A program made the translations under genes and the position numbers. Of a stretch of DNA of 64,000 bases, positions 16,761 to 26,703 are shown one piece after another (the first letter of the stretch is position 1; every line of letters begins with the position of its first letter). Source of the stretch: Dehalococcoidales bacterium (GTDB taxonomy: Bacteria; Chloroflexota; Dehalococcoidia; Dehalococcoidales; G020351185); contig CAXXST010000002.1 of assembly GCA_963674855.2 (NCBI GenBank), positions 558,887 to 622,886 on the forward strand. Reading direction: 5' to 3'. The notes under the pieces were generated by a model. It did no database searches, was not told the DNA's origin, and saw nothing but the letters and a program-made list of their open reading frames with translations.

Positions 16761-18871
16761 GCGTTTACCCGGCTCTTTAACGGTAACAGGAAATAGAAAA
16801 TACTTCCCTGATTTTCAGCATTTCTAATTCCTATCTCACCGCCATGAAGTCTTATTATCATTTTAGCAAGCGTTAGACCAACGCCAATTCCTGTATGGGA
16901 ATAGTCTGACTTTTTCCTTGAATAATAAGATTCGAAAATTTGCTCCTTTTCATTATCGGGTATTCCCAAACCGTTATCTTCAACTTCAAAAAGCAGGTTA
17001 TCTTTACAGCTCTTGATTCTTAAAATGATTCTACCGCCTATTGGTGTAAACTTGAACGCATTATCCAGAAAATTAACAAGGACCTGCCTTATGCGTTCAG
17101 GGTCAACTTCAATAATATTATCGGTTGTGTCAATTTTCAAAGCAAGGGTTTGATTTCTGCTCCTGAAAAGATATAGCATCTCGTCCGATATTTTTTTAAC
17201 CAGTTTAATGATATCGCAAGGCTCGGTCTTTATATCAAGCATTCCAATTTCTCCACGAGCTATATCCAGAAGTTCATCAACTCTTCTATTTAAGGCGCAT
17301 GCTCCTTCGTAAAGATTTTGGGAAATAATTTTAAACTCGCTGTTCTTCTGATGTGTAAGGACTTCACTTGCGGCAATCATGGGCGTAAGGGGGGTTTTAA
17401 GTTCATGCACCAGCAGTTTGGTGAATTCAATTCTTCTATCAATCTCTTCACTTAAGTTTGCTGTCCGTTCCTCAACCATTTTTTCAAGTTGCTCTTGATA
17501 CTCTCGTAATTCCTTTTCTTTATTCTTGAGATCCGTTATATCGAAGTAGTATATGAAAACTTTTGAAAGCGTATCCTCATAACCAGGCGCAACGATAATA
17601 TGTTCCTGGGTAGTCATCATATGACCTTTTATAGTGCTAACCCGTGTTTCTCTTGACAATTGAGTTCGCCCCTCGGCAAGGTCAACCATGGTCCTTTTAC
17701 AGCTTTGCCAGTATTCATTCTTGCTCTTGCATGCATGTTCCAGGCGGTCTCTCATTTCAGATACGTTCTGAGCTCCCTTTATCTCAAGAAGTTTTGGATT
17801 TATATATGAAGCCATTGGGATAGTGTAGCATGAGTATATTTTGTAAGGATTCTTTTCGAAATATGCTGAAAAGTCTTTAACGCCTTGTTTCTTTAAATCG
17901 TCAAATATCTTCTTGGCGCCTGAATAATCCGCTTCGCATATGGCAACCGGGGCATTTTCAAATAGAGTGTGATATCTTTGCCCGGATTCCTTCAGGGCTT
18001 TATCTGCCTGTTTTCTATCTGTAATATCCCTTATATATGCTACATTGGTCAGTTTGCCTCTATAGTTAGTTACTGCACTGGTCACTTCAATGGGTATTTC
18101 CTTGCCATCTTTATGAGTTATAGTTAACTCAAAGAGGTCCGGTATAGTCTCTCCGGACATCTTCTGGCGATGCCTTTTCACTGAAAGCCGCCTGTCTATA
18201 GTTCTGATGAGGTCAAAGAATGACATTCCCAAAAGTTCTTCCCTGGAGTAACCTGTAATCTCTAGCCACTGGTCACTGACATAGGTGTGAATACCTTCTT
18301 TGCCATTAAAATCCTGAAGCATAACCATGGCTTCACCAATCTTGGTGCCAAGGTCAACCAATGTACGATACCTGCCTTCAATCTCTTTAAGGGCTTTTTC
18401 CTTTTGCTTAAGGTTTGCCTGTTCCCTCTTCTGCTTATTCTTTTGCCTTGTAATATCTCTGTGAAAGCCGAAAGCAAGCCCTTCATCCAGATAGCTTAAG
18501 GTAACGGCAAAATCAATTACCTTGCCATTTTTGCGCCTGTGACGGGTTTCAAAGGAAACCCTTCCCGTTTTTTCAACTTCAGAGATTCTTCTCCTCATTG
18601 TATCTGGTGCTTCATCAAAGCCAACTTCAATATCATCTATTTTCATAGACAGCAGCTCATCAAGGTTATAACCAAGCATGTCGCAGAAAGTATCATCGGC
18701 ATCCAGGATATTGCCTTCGGGGTGTTTTATAAGCAGAAAGCCATCCGGGGAGCTTTGTATAATAGCCTTATACCAGTTGTCTCTTAAACAGGGGTGGCTC
18801 AAAGTATTTCTCTTGGGTGGACAGGCTTCATTCTTCGCATTATTCCCCTTGTATTCCTTAACTTTATCCAT
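16757..18871 (-). CDS. Soluble multi-PAS sensor histidine kinase
   Basis: 704 aa with three or more PAS-like regions. One closely matches HK 7081..8763 (GEAMVMLQDFNGKEGIHTYVSDQWLEITGYSREELL). H-box VHELKTPLTP, HATPase DNGLGIP..GIGVGL. No transmembrane segment. Confidence 0.85.
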   Translation of the reverse strand: MDKVKEYKGNNAKNEACPPKRNTLSHPCLRDNWYKAIIQSSPDGFLLIKHPEGNILDADDTFCDMLGYNLDELLSMKIDDIEVGFDEAPDTMRRRISEVEKTGRVSFETRHRRKNGKVIDFAVTLSYLDEGLAFGFHRDITRQKNKQKREQANLKQKEKALKEIEGRYRTLVDLGTKIGEAMVMLQDFNGKEGIHTYVSDQWLEITGYSREELLGMSFFDLIRTIDRRLSVKRHRQKMSGETIPDLFELTITHKDGKEIPIEVTSAVTNYRGKLTNVAYIRDITDRKQADKALKESGQRYHTLFENAPVAICEADYSGAKKIFDDLKKQGVKDFSAYFEKNPYKIYSCYTIPMASYINPKLLEIKGAQNVSEMRDRLEHACKSKNEYWQSCKRTMVDLAEGRTQLSRETRVSTIKGHMMTTQEHIIVAPGYEDTLSKVFIYYFDITDLKNKEKELREYQEQLEKMVEERTANLSEEIDRRIEFTKLLVHELKTPLTPMIAASEVLTHQKNSEFKIISQNLYEGACALNRRVDELLDIARGEIGMLDIKTEPCDIIKLVKKISDEMLYLFRSRNQTLALKIDTTDNIIEVDPERIRQVLVNFLDNAFKFTPIGGRIILRIKSCKDNLLFEVEDNGLGIPDNEKEQIFESYYSRKKSDYSHTGIGVGLTLAKMIIRLHGGEIGIRNAENQGSIFYFLLPLKSRVNA

Positions 18872-19066
18872 AAATACACTCTATTAAAAAAAATAGCTTG
18901 CTTTAAAACAAGATAATTCGGAAACACACGACATTTTATATTATTACTTGTAATGGATAAAGTGTCAATAATTATATGATATAAGGCAAAATCTCCGTGA
19001 TATTGAAGCTGATAACTGGTGGCTGTAATGATGCCTAAAGATGTCAGCTTATAAATTGATCAAGCA

Positions 19067-20359
19067 TTAATCAGGCGCGCAATCAAGAAAGGCTTTTTTA
19101 ATTACATCAACAGTGGCTTGGGTTTCAACCTGGCTGTGAGCCGCAGAGACAAATGCAGCTTCAAACTGTGAGGGTGGCCAATAAATGCCATTACTTAGCA
19201 GGTAATTAAAGAAACGGCTGAAGACGGCTGTATCAGATTTGCAGGCAGATTCATAGTCTGTTACCGGATTGGCAGTGAAGAATATTGTAAGGAAAGAAGC
19301 GAAGCCGGAAATATATACGCCGCAATTACAGGATGCCGCTGCCTCTGCGATGCCCTCTTTAAGCTGTGCGGCTGTTTGTTCCAACTTTACATAAAAATCA
19401 GGCTGTTTTAACAGTTCAAGTGTTGCAATACCGGCTGCCATTGCCAGCGGATTGCCGGAAAGTGTGCCTGCCTGATACACCTGTCCTTGCGGAGCAATCA
19501 TCTCCATAATTTCTTTTTTACCGCCGAACGCGCCTACCGGCAACCCCCCTCCGATAATCTTTCCCAGGCAGGTAAGGTCTGGTTTTATATTAAAAACAGA
19601 TTGCGCACCGCCATAAGCAGCACGAAAGCCGGTTATAACCTCATCAAATACAAGAAGGGTGTTGTTTTCAATTGTCAGCTTGCGCAGATTTTCCAGAAAG
19701 CCGGGCTGCGGCAGGACGACACCCATATTGGCTGCCACCGGTTCAACAATGACGGCGGCAATTTCACCGGTGTATGCTCTGAAAAGCTCTGCTACAGCTT
19801 CGGTATCGTTATAAGGCGCTATCAATGTATTCATTGTATAGCTTTCAGGCACGCCGGGAGAGCCTGGCAAACCCAGGGTTGCCAACCCGGAACCGGCTTT
19901 AACCAGCAAGCCGTCTGAGTGTCCGTGATAGCCGCCGGCGAATTTTATTATTTTGTCCCTGCCGGTGAAGGCGCGCGCCAAACGCAAGGCAGACATTGTG
20001 GCTTCTGTGCCGGAATTAACAAAACGAACCATTTCTATTGAAGGAACGGCTTCTGTAACCATTTTAGCCAGCTTTATTTCTGCTTCTGTGGAAGCGCCGA
20101 AGGTTGTGCCGTTTGCGGCAGCTTCCTGGATGGTGGCAACAACAGATGGATGCGCGTGCCCCAGTACAAGTGGTCCCCATGAAGCAACATAATCTATATA
20201 TTCGTTGCCGTCTGCGTCTGTTATATGGCAATCTTTTCCTTTTTTAATAAAAGGCGGCGTGCCGCCCACTGCCTTAAAAGCGCGCACCGGGCTATCTACA
20301 CCGCCCGGCAGGTATCTTTGCGCTTCTTCAAAAAGTTTCAGGGAATGCTTTATTTCCAT
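19067..20359 (-). CDS. hemL: Glutamate-1-semialdehyde 2,1-aminomutase
   Basis: [35 protein letters not shown] and class-III aminotransferase layout. Confidence 0.9.
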   Translation of the reverse strand: MEIKHSLKLFEEAQRYLPGGVDSPVRAFKAVGGTPPFIKKGKDCHITDADGNEYIDYVASWGPLVLGHAHPSVVATIQEAAANGTTFGASTEAEIKLAKMVTEAVPSIEMVRFVNSGTEATMSALRLARAFTGRDKIIKFAGGYHGHSDGLLVKAGSGLATLGLPGSPGVPESYTMNTLIAPYNDTEAVAELFRAYTGEIAAVIVEPVAANMGVVLPQPGFLENLRKLTIENNTLLVFDEVITGFRAAYGGAQSVFNIKPDLTCLGKIIGGGLPVGAFGGKKEIMEMIAPQGQVYQAGTLSGNPLAMAAGIATLELLKQPDFYVKLEQTAAQLKEGIAEAAASCNCGVYISGFASFLTIFFTANPVTDYESACKSDTAVFSRFFNYLLSNGIYWPPSQFEAAFVSAAHSQVETQATVDVIKKAFLDCAPD

Positions 20360-20370
20360 TTAATAATTCC

Positions 20371-21351
20371 TTATTCCATACGCAGCCATTCAGCAACCTG
20401 TTTGGCGTGGTAGGTAATTATAATATCGGCGCCAGATCTCTTTATGGCTGTCATCGTTTCCATTACCGCCTGTTTTTCATCCAGCCAGCCTTTTTGTGCA
20501 GCGGCTTTTATCATTGAATATTCACCGCTGACATTATATGCAACCAGAGGATAATTAAAGCTGTTCCTTGCCTGCCGTATCACGTCAAGATATGCCAGCG
20601 CCGGTTTTACCATAACCATATCCGCTCCCTCTGCAATATCCTGCTCTATTTCCAGCATTGCCTCCCGTAAATTGGGCGGGTCCATCTGGTAACTGCGGCG
20701 GTCTCCGAATTGCGGCGCGGATTCGGCGGCGTCACGGAAGGGTCCGTAGAAAGCAGATGCGTATTTAGCGGAATAAGCCAATATCGCCGTATCTTGAAAG
20801 CCGTTTTCATCAAGCGCATGGCGGATTGTCTGCACCCTGCCGTCCATCATATCCGAAGGGGCAACAATATCAGCGCCGGCTTTGGCGTGAGAAACGGCTG
20901 TTTTAGCCAGCAGGGGCAGTGTTTTATCGTTATCTACGCACCCACCCGCAACCACGCCGCAATGCCCGTGATTCATATATTCACAAAGGCAGACATCTGT
21001 TATGATGATAAGCTGTGGGGCAATGTTTTTAATAAGGCGGATTGCCTGCTGGACAACGCCTTCCGGATTATAAGCTTCAGAAGCGGCTTCGTCTTTTTCC
21101 TGCGGTATGCCGAAGAGGAGCACTGCCGGTATCTTAAGTCTTTGTATCTCTTCTATTTCCGGCGTCAGCGTATCTGCAGAATGCCTGAAGATTCCCGGCA
21201 TAGAGTTTATCTCTTCTTTTATCCCCTTCCCCTCCACGATAAACAGGGGATAAACCAAATCACCGATGCTAATGTGGTTTTCACGCACCAATGCCCTTAT
21301 CGCTTCCGTGCGGCGTAAACGGCGCAGGCGTAATTGAGGAAAACCAGCCAT
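20371..21351 (-). CDS. hemB: Porphobilinogen synthase (delta-aminolevulinate dehydratase)
   Basis: RLRRLRRTEAIRALVRE..LVYPLFIVEG. 326 aa, in the heme operon. Confidence 0.9.
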   Translation of the reverse strand: MAGFPQLRLRRLRRTEAIRALVRENHISIGDLVYPLFIVEGKGIKEEINSMPGIFRHSADTLTPEIEEIQRLKIPAVLLFGIPQEKDEAASEAYNPEGVVQQAIRLIKNIAPQLIIITDVCLCEYMNHGHCGVVAGGCVDNDKTLPLLAKTAVSHAKAGADIVAPSDMMDGRVQTIRHALDENGFQDTAILAYSAKYASAFYGPFRDAAESAPQFGDRRSYQMDPPNLREAMLEIEQDIAEGADMVMVKPALAYLDVIRQARNSFNYPLVAYNVSGEYSMIKAAAQKGWLDEKQAVMETMTAIKRSGADIIITYHAKQVAEWLRME

Positions 21352-22878
21352 TTAAGCCTCCCCCCTGAAATATTCTTCAATTGCCTCAACAAGCCCCGGA
21401 ATCGTCTGTTTTTTGGCTAAAATATCTACATTTAAGCCTGCTTTGACGGCGGTTTCTTTTGTTTTAGGACCAATGCAGGCAACCTTCGCTTTGTTTATAT
21501 CCGGTTTCTGCTCTCTGGATGCCGCCACAAGATTGGTTACCGTAGATGAACTGGTAAAAGTTATAATATCAATTTCTCCGGCGGAAAGCATGTTAACGGC
21601 TTCGGCTGTTTCTGTGGCGGGGGCAACTGTGCGGTAGGCAGCCACTTCATCTACCTCTGCCCCCATGCCAATAAGTCCGTCCACCAGTTCATTATCCGCG
21701 ATATCGGCGCGGGGCAGTAAAATACGCTTGTCATTTATATCATAATTCTTCAGGCCTTCTGTAATACCTTCGCCGGTATAAACATCCGGCATATAGTCTG
21801 CGGTTATGCCTTTTTCTGCCAGAGCTTCTGCCGTAGCCGGACCAATTGCCCCTACTGTGAGATTGCCAAGTTTACGGCTATCCATTTTAAGGCTGGCAAG
21901 CCGCTGCCAGAAGGCTTCCACGCCATTGGTGCTGGTGAAGATTACCCACTGATAATCTGCCAGTTCTTTAATAGATTTATCCAGTTCTTCATAACCGGCA
22001 AGCGGCTGGATATCAATTGCCGGAAGCTCAACTGGCAAAGCGCCGCGTTCAGCCAGCAGGCTGCTTAATTTGCTTGCCTGGCGGCGTGAACGTGTAACCA
22101 GAATACGCTTGCCAAAGAGAGGCTGGCTGTCAAACCAGCGCAGTTTATCCCGCAGCGAAACCACCTCGCCAACTATAATGACAGATGGAGCGGTTATGCC
22201 CCCCTGCTTTACTTTTTCTATAATATTGCCCAGGTTACCTGTAACCATTTCCTGTTGCGGGCGCGCGCCGTTTTTAATTACTGCCGCCGGAGTATTATTA
22301 TCCCTGCCGTATTTAACCAGCTTTTCTACTATCAACGGCAAGTTTTTGATGCCCATCAGGAAAACCAGCGTATCCACCCCGCTCGCCAGCTTTTCCCAGT
22401 TTATGCTGGAGCTTGCCTTGGTTGGGTCTTCGTGCCCTGTTATAACGGCAAAGGAAGAAGCTATACCGCGATGGCTGACAGGAATGCCGGCGTAAGCAGG
22501 CACTGCCACTGCCGATGTTATGCCGGGTATTATTTCAAAAGGAATGTCATTATTGGCTAAAACTTCGGCTTCTTCGCCACCCCGCCCGAAAACGAAAGGG
22601 TCTCCGCCTTTAAGACGAACCACTGTTTTGCCTTCCCTCGCTTTATCCACCAGCAACTGGTTTATTTCAGCCTGCGGCAAGGCGTGTTTTCCGGCAACCT
22701 TGCCGACATATATCTTCTCTGTATCCGGTGAAGCAGCTTGCAGCAAAGATGTGTCTATCAGGTGGTCGTAGACAATTACATCAGCTTTTTTAAGGCACTC
22801 AACGGCTTTTACCGTTATCAAGCCCGGGTCACCGGGACCGGCGCCCGCCAGGTATACTTTAGCTGTTTTCATCTTCAC
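21352..22878 (-). CDS. cobA: Fused uroporphyrinogen-III C-methyltransferase / uroporphyrinogen-III synthase
   Basis: N-terminal half is SUMT-like (VYLAGAGPGDPGLITVKA..VVRLKGGDPFVFGRGGEE). C-terminal ~250 aa is HemD-like. 508 aa in total. Confidence 0.85.
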   Translation of the reverse strand: MKMKTAKVYLAGAGPGDPGLITVKAVECLKKADVIVYDHLIDTSLLQAASPDTEKIYVGKVAGKHALPQAEINQLLVDKAREGKTVVRLKGGDPFVFGRGGEEAEVLANNDIPFEIIPGITSAVAVPAYAGIPVSHRGIASSFAVITGHEDPTKASSSINWEKLASGVDTLVFLMGIKNLPLIVEKLVKYGRDNNTPAAVIKNGARPQQEMVTGNLGNIIEKVKQGGITAPSVIIVGEVVSLRDKLRWFDSQPLFGKRILVTRSRRQASKLSSLLAERGALPVELPAIDIQPLAGYEELDKSIKELADYQWVIFTSTNGVEAFWQRLASLKMDSRKLGNLTVGAIGPATAEALAEKGITADYMPDVYTGEGITEGLKNYDINDKRILLPRADIADNELVDGLIGMGAEVDEVAAYRTVAPATETAEAVNMLSAGEIDIITFTSSSTVTNLVAASREQKPDINKAKVACIGPKTKETAVKAGLNVDILAKKQTIPGLVEAIEEYFRGEA

Positions 22879-23788
22879 TTACCTCGGCGACAAATTCATT
22901 TCCGCCCATGTTTAAAAGTTTCTTTGCCAGCCCGATGCCGATATTCTCTGCGTCTTCTGCATCGCCTTCTTCAAAACTTTGCAGCAGCCTGTTTCTGCTG
23001 ATACTGCCGACCATGCCCTCAAGTCCCAGAAAGTTACCCGTTACCGTGCCCAGCGCCGCAATCGGCGCGCGGCAACCGCCACCCAAAGCCTTCAGAAAAG
23101 CCCTTTCGGCGGTTATGCTCTGCCAAGTGGGTATATGATTCAGGGGAGCGATAGCGTTTATTATCTCTGTATTGTCTGAACATACTTCTATAGCCAGCGC
23201 GCCCTGCCCCACCGCCGGCAAAAATTGCTCTTTAGATAGATATTCGTATGCAGCAGTTTTCATATTAAGCCGTTCCAGCGCCGCCGCCGCCAGTATCGTG
23301 CCGTCATATTCAGCATCGGTAACCTTGCGTATCCGCGTATCAATATTACCCCTGATGCTGCATATTTCCAGATCAGGGCGGTATACTTTAAGCTGAATGG
23401 CGCGCCGCAGGCTGCCGGTACCTATTCTGGCCCCGGGTGGCATTTCCCCCAGGGTCTTGCCGCGGGATATAAAAACATCCCTTGAATCTGCCCTTTGCGT
23501 AACCGCCGTCAGGGACAGTTCCGGCGGAATCTCAGTCGTCATGTCTTTAAGGCTGTGCACTGCCATGTCAATCCGCCCGTCCAGCAGGGCTTCCTCCAGC
23601 TCTTTGGTAAAAACGCCAAGCCCGGCTATATTTTCCAGTTTGACGGTGCTTTCGCGGTCTCCCCTTGTAACCACTTTCCTGACGCATATTTCCATATCGG
23701 GGTATAGCTGTTTTATCATAGCCGCGACGGTTTCCGTCTGAACCATTGCCAGCCTGCTGCCACGGGTGCCGATAACTATTTTTTTCAT
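22859..23788 (-). CDS. hemC: Hydroxymethylbilane synthase (porphobilinogen deaminase)
   Basis: IVIGTRGSRLAMVQTE..AVHSLKDM..GNIDTR motifs. Confidence 0.9.
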   Translation of the reverse strand: MKKIVIGTRGSRLAMVQTETVAAMIKQLYPDMEICVRKVVTRGDRESTVKLENIAGLGVFTKELEEALLDGRIDMAVHSLKDMTTEIPPELSLTAVTQRADSRDVFISRGKTLGEMPPGARIGTGSLRRAIQLKVYRPDLEICSIRGNIDTRIRKVTDAEYDGTILAAAALERLNMKTAAYEYLSKEQFLPAVGQGALAIEVCSDNTEIINAIAPLNHIPTWQSITAERAFLKALGGGCRAPIAALGTVTGNFLGLEGMVGSISRNRLLQSFEEGDAEDAENIGIGLAKKLLNMGGNEFVAEVSEDENS

Positions 23789-25044
23789 TTATTTACTTCA
23801 CTCAGTTGGAATAATTCTTTCAGCGTTTCCGCAAAGCTATCATCTTCATGCCCGTTGGCTTTAATGACCTCAATGGGGTCTTTCAGTATTTTTGTAATTA
23901 TCGCCCTTGTCATCCTGTCCATATGATACTTATCTTCATCTGATAGCGATGGCATTTTATTCATCGTGCGCTTTAATTGAGCAGTGCGTATCTTTTCCGC
24001 CTTGCACATCATGGCGCGCACCAGTGGCCTAGTCTTATGATTATGCCACCAGACAGCAAATTTATCTATCTCTTCCGCCACTATTTTTTCGGCTTTGTTT
24101 GTTTCCGATTCCCTCTGGCGGCGGTTCTGTTTGTGGATATGGTAAAGGTCATCAATATTGTAAAGAATAATACCCTCTACATTCGCCACTTCCGGCTCAA
24201 CATTACGGGGGACGGCAATATCCATAATAACAAGGGGGTGCCCGGGGTTGTTTTTCACGATTGATTGCATCTGGCTGGATGTAAGCAGGTTGTGGGGAGC
24301 ATTGGCGCAGGTAACGATAATATTGCAATTGCACATTTCCTGCATTGCTTCATCCAGACCGACGGCAGTACCGCCCAGCATTTCCGTCAGGCTTGAAGCC
24401 CTTTCCTGCGTGCGGCTGGCGATAACAATCTGGGATACGCCCCGGTCTTTAGCGGCTTTGGCTACCAGACTGCCGGCTTCACCAGCGCCGATGACAAGCA
24501 TTCGTGAGCTTTTCAGGTCACCGACGGCTTTAGCCGCCAAATCCACTGCTAAGGAGCTGACAGAAAGGGCGTTTTTGCTGATGCCGGTTTCTTCGCGCAC
24601 GCGCCTGCCGGTGCGGATTGCGCTTTGAAAAATATGGCGCAATGGCAAATCAACCATCTGCGCCTTTTCGGCAGCTTCCAGCGATTGCTTTATTTGCCCT
24701 AATATCTCATATTCACCGATAATCATTGAGTCAAGTCCGCTGGCAGTGCGGAATAAATGCTCTACCGCCGCATCTCCATCCAGGCTATATATATGCTGAT
24801 GCAGTACATCATTTGATGCCCCCAGGCAATCTTTCAGAAAATCCAGGCACGGCGCATTATAATCGCTGGCAGAGATAGAACATATCTCGGTGCGGTTACA
24901 GGTGGAGATTATTACACCGTTGGGTGTAAGAGGGTAAAGCAAAGCCAGGGCATCATCCAGCTTGCCGTTTCCAATGGCAGCCTTCTCACGGATAGCCAGC
25001 GGCGCCGTGCTGTGGTTTATTCCAACCAGATTTATGTTATTCAT
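23785..25044 (-). CDS. hemA: Glutamyl-tRNA reductase
   Basis: LVGINHSTAPLAIREK..STCNRTE..VIGAGEAG NAD(P)-binding motif. 4-nt overlap with hemC. Confidence 0.9.
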   Translation of the reverse strand: MNNINLVGINHSTAPLAIREKAAIGNGKLDDALALLYPLTPNGVIISTCNRTEICSISASDYNAPCLDFLKDCLGASNDVLHQHIYSLDGDAAVEHLFRTASGLDSMIIGEYEILGQIKQSLEAAEKAQMVDLPLRHIFQSAIRTGRRVREETGISKNALSVSSLAVDLAAKAVGDLKSSRMLVIGAGEAGSLVAKAAKDRGVSQIVIASRTQERASSLTEMLGGTAVGLDEAMQEMCNCNIIVTCANAPHNLLTSSQMQSIVKNNPGHPLVIMDIAVPRNVEPEVANVEGIILYNIDDLYHIHKQNRRQRESETNKAEKIVAEEIDKFAVWWHNHKTRPLVRAMMCKAEKIRTAQLKRTMNKMPSLSDEDKYHMDRMTRAIITKILKDPIEVIKANGHEDDSFAETLKELFQLSEVNK

Positions 25045-25057
25045 ATTAAGATTACAT

Positions 25058-25705
25058 TTATATTATTGGCTTTAGTCTATCCAGCAGTAAGTTTTTGGCT
25101 TCTTCTACTTTGCCTTTTTTGAGCATGGCGGTAAGGCTATCAATATCAAGAGCCTGATGCCAATCCTCAGCGTTAACTTTAATGCCCTTTTTCTTAAGCT
25201 CTTCACGAACCTCACCGATGACATTAGCCAGCAGCGCGTACTCGTCACCAAATTCGGATTCCAGCTTCAGGCGCAACTTTCTTGCCAAAGCCGGGCTTTT
25301 GCCGCCGGTTGATACGGCAATGGTAATATCCCCCCGCCGCAGGCAGGAAGGCACAATAAAATCAGACTTTTCGGCATCATCCACCACGTTTATCAGCACA
25401 GACTTCTCTCTTGCTTCGCAGAATATCTTTTTGTTGGTTTCGTTATCATTAGTAGCTGCAATCGCCACAAAAGCGCCCTCTAAATCACCATTCTGGTATT
25501 TTCTTTCAACAACACGAATGCTGTTTTGTCTGCCAAGTTCCGCCAGTTCGGCGCAGACGCACGGGCTGATAACCTTAACCTCCGCGCCATAGCCAAGCAA
25601 TATTTCAACCTTGCGCAGGGCAACTTCTCCCCCGCCGATTACGACGCATTTTCTGTTTTTTACATTCAGAAACAGGGGGTAATACCCGTTTTCTTTATTG
25701 TTCAT
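25058..25705 (-). CDS. sirC: Precorrin-2 dehydrogenase / sirohydrochlorin ferrochelatase (SirC/CysG N-terminal type)
   Basis: VVIGGGEVALRKVEILLGYGAEVKVISP Rossmann motif. About 215 aa, in the heme operon. Confidence 0.8.
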   Translation of the reverse strand: MNNKENGYYPLFLNVKNRKCVVIGGGEVALRKVEILLGYGAEVKVISPCVCAELAELGRQNSIRVVERKYQNGDLEGAFVAIAATNDNETNKKIFCEAREKSVLINVVDDAEKSDFIVPSCLRRGDITIAVSTGGKSPALARKLRLKLESEFGDEYALLANVIGEVREELKKKGIKVNAEDWHQALDIDSLTAMLKKGKVEEAKNLLLDRLKPII

Positions 25706-26703
25706 ACCGAATATTTAATCCTTGTTTTCTTTATTTCCCGGGTGCTGAAAAGCATTACGCAATCCGTAATTCCGGTTTCAGAAGATATATTTTCCGCCGT
25801 TTCCCGGCACTCCGCTTCGCTGTGCCCGTGAATCATGGCAAAAAGGTTATATTGCCACAGTGGATTTGTTTTTCTCTCATAACAGTGGCTCACCTGCGGC
25901 AGCAATGCCAGTTTATTGCCTGTATCATCCACTTTTTCCGCAGGCGCAATCCAGCACGTCATAGCATTTGCCGTAAAACCGGCTTTGCGATGATTCAGTG
26001 CCGCCCCGAAGCGGCGCATAGTTTTACGCTGTAACAATGAAGCACAACGTGATATGAATTCACCTTCGTCCAATCCCGCCGCAGCCGCCATCTGCTTAAA
26101 CGGGTGGCTGACTAAAGGCAAATCCTGCTGAACTGCATTGATTACCAGCCTGTCTTCAGATGAAAGGCTGCCCTGCTGTTTATAATCCGCGGGGTTATTG
26201 TTACCACCGCTCTTTTCGCTGTCTTTTCCCATTATAAAAAGGGCGCGCAGCTTAAACGTCTTAACCGCCGGCAGGCTGAAGTACTGCTCTGCCCCCGCTG
26301 CTTCCGCCAGCTTTGCCAGTTCTGTATCAATATCTGCGGCGGCAGCCAGCGTAATCCATAGGTTAAAGTCATTATCACGTTCGTAGGCATGGCTTATGCC
26401 TTCGTGTTCCCGGATAACTTCGGCTGCTTTCCCAATATTATTCCGGCTTACCTTTAATGCCGCCAGCGTGGTTTTATAGCCTAAAGATTTGGTATTGAAA
26501 ACGGGGGCTATCAGGCGGATTATTCCCTCCTGTTTTAACCTCTCGATAGCCGTAATAACCTCTTCTTCACTGACGCCCAGCCTTGATGCAATATCGGCAT
26601 ACGGCTGCGCAGTCAGCGGAAAGGATAGCTGCAACAGGTCAAGAAGTTCCGTATCGGTGTCGTTCAGAATCATTTTTATCATACCCCGGGCTGATAGATG
26701 CAA
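25702..26703 (-). CDS. ahbAB: Siroheme decarboxylase, fused AhbA-AhbB (NirD/NirL-like, two Lrp/AsnC-type halves)
   Basis: Two tandem homologous halves (LLDLLQLSFPLTAQPYADIA.. and VINAVQQDLPLVSHPFKQMA..). Sits between sirC and two radical SAM genes. The start is probably an internal Met (MIKMILND). Confidence 0.75.
   Translation of the reverse strand: MHLSARGMIKMILNDTDTELLDLLQLSFPLTAQPYADIASRLGVSEEEVITAIERLKQEGIIRLIAPVFNTKSLGYKTTLAALKVSRNNIGKAAEVIREHEGISHAYERDNDFNLWITLAAAADIDTELAKLAEAAGAEQYFSLPAVKTFKLRALFIMGKDSEKSGGNNNPADYKQQGSLSSEDRLVINAVQQDLPLVSHPFKQMAAAAGLDEGEFISRCASLLQRKTMRRFGAALNHRKAGFTANAMTCWIAPAEKVDDTGNKLALLPQVSHCYERKTNPLWQYNLFAMIHGHSEAECRETAENISSETGITDCVMLFSTREIKKTRIKYSV

Noticed and set aside
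6299-18871. Impression that the two kinase/regulator pairs are more AT-rich than the adjacent enzyme genes, suggesting horizontal acquisition
   Set aside because: I cannot compute composition reliably by eye. The K/E/I/N-rich protein composition of the PAS kinases could explain the difference, so I leave it as an unquantified impression.
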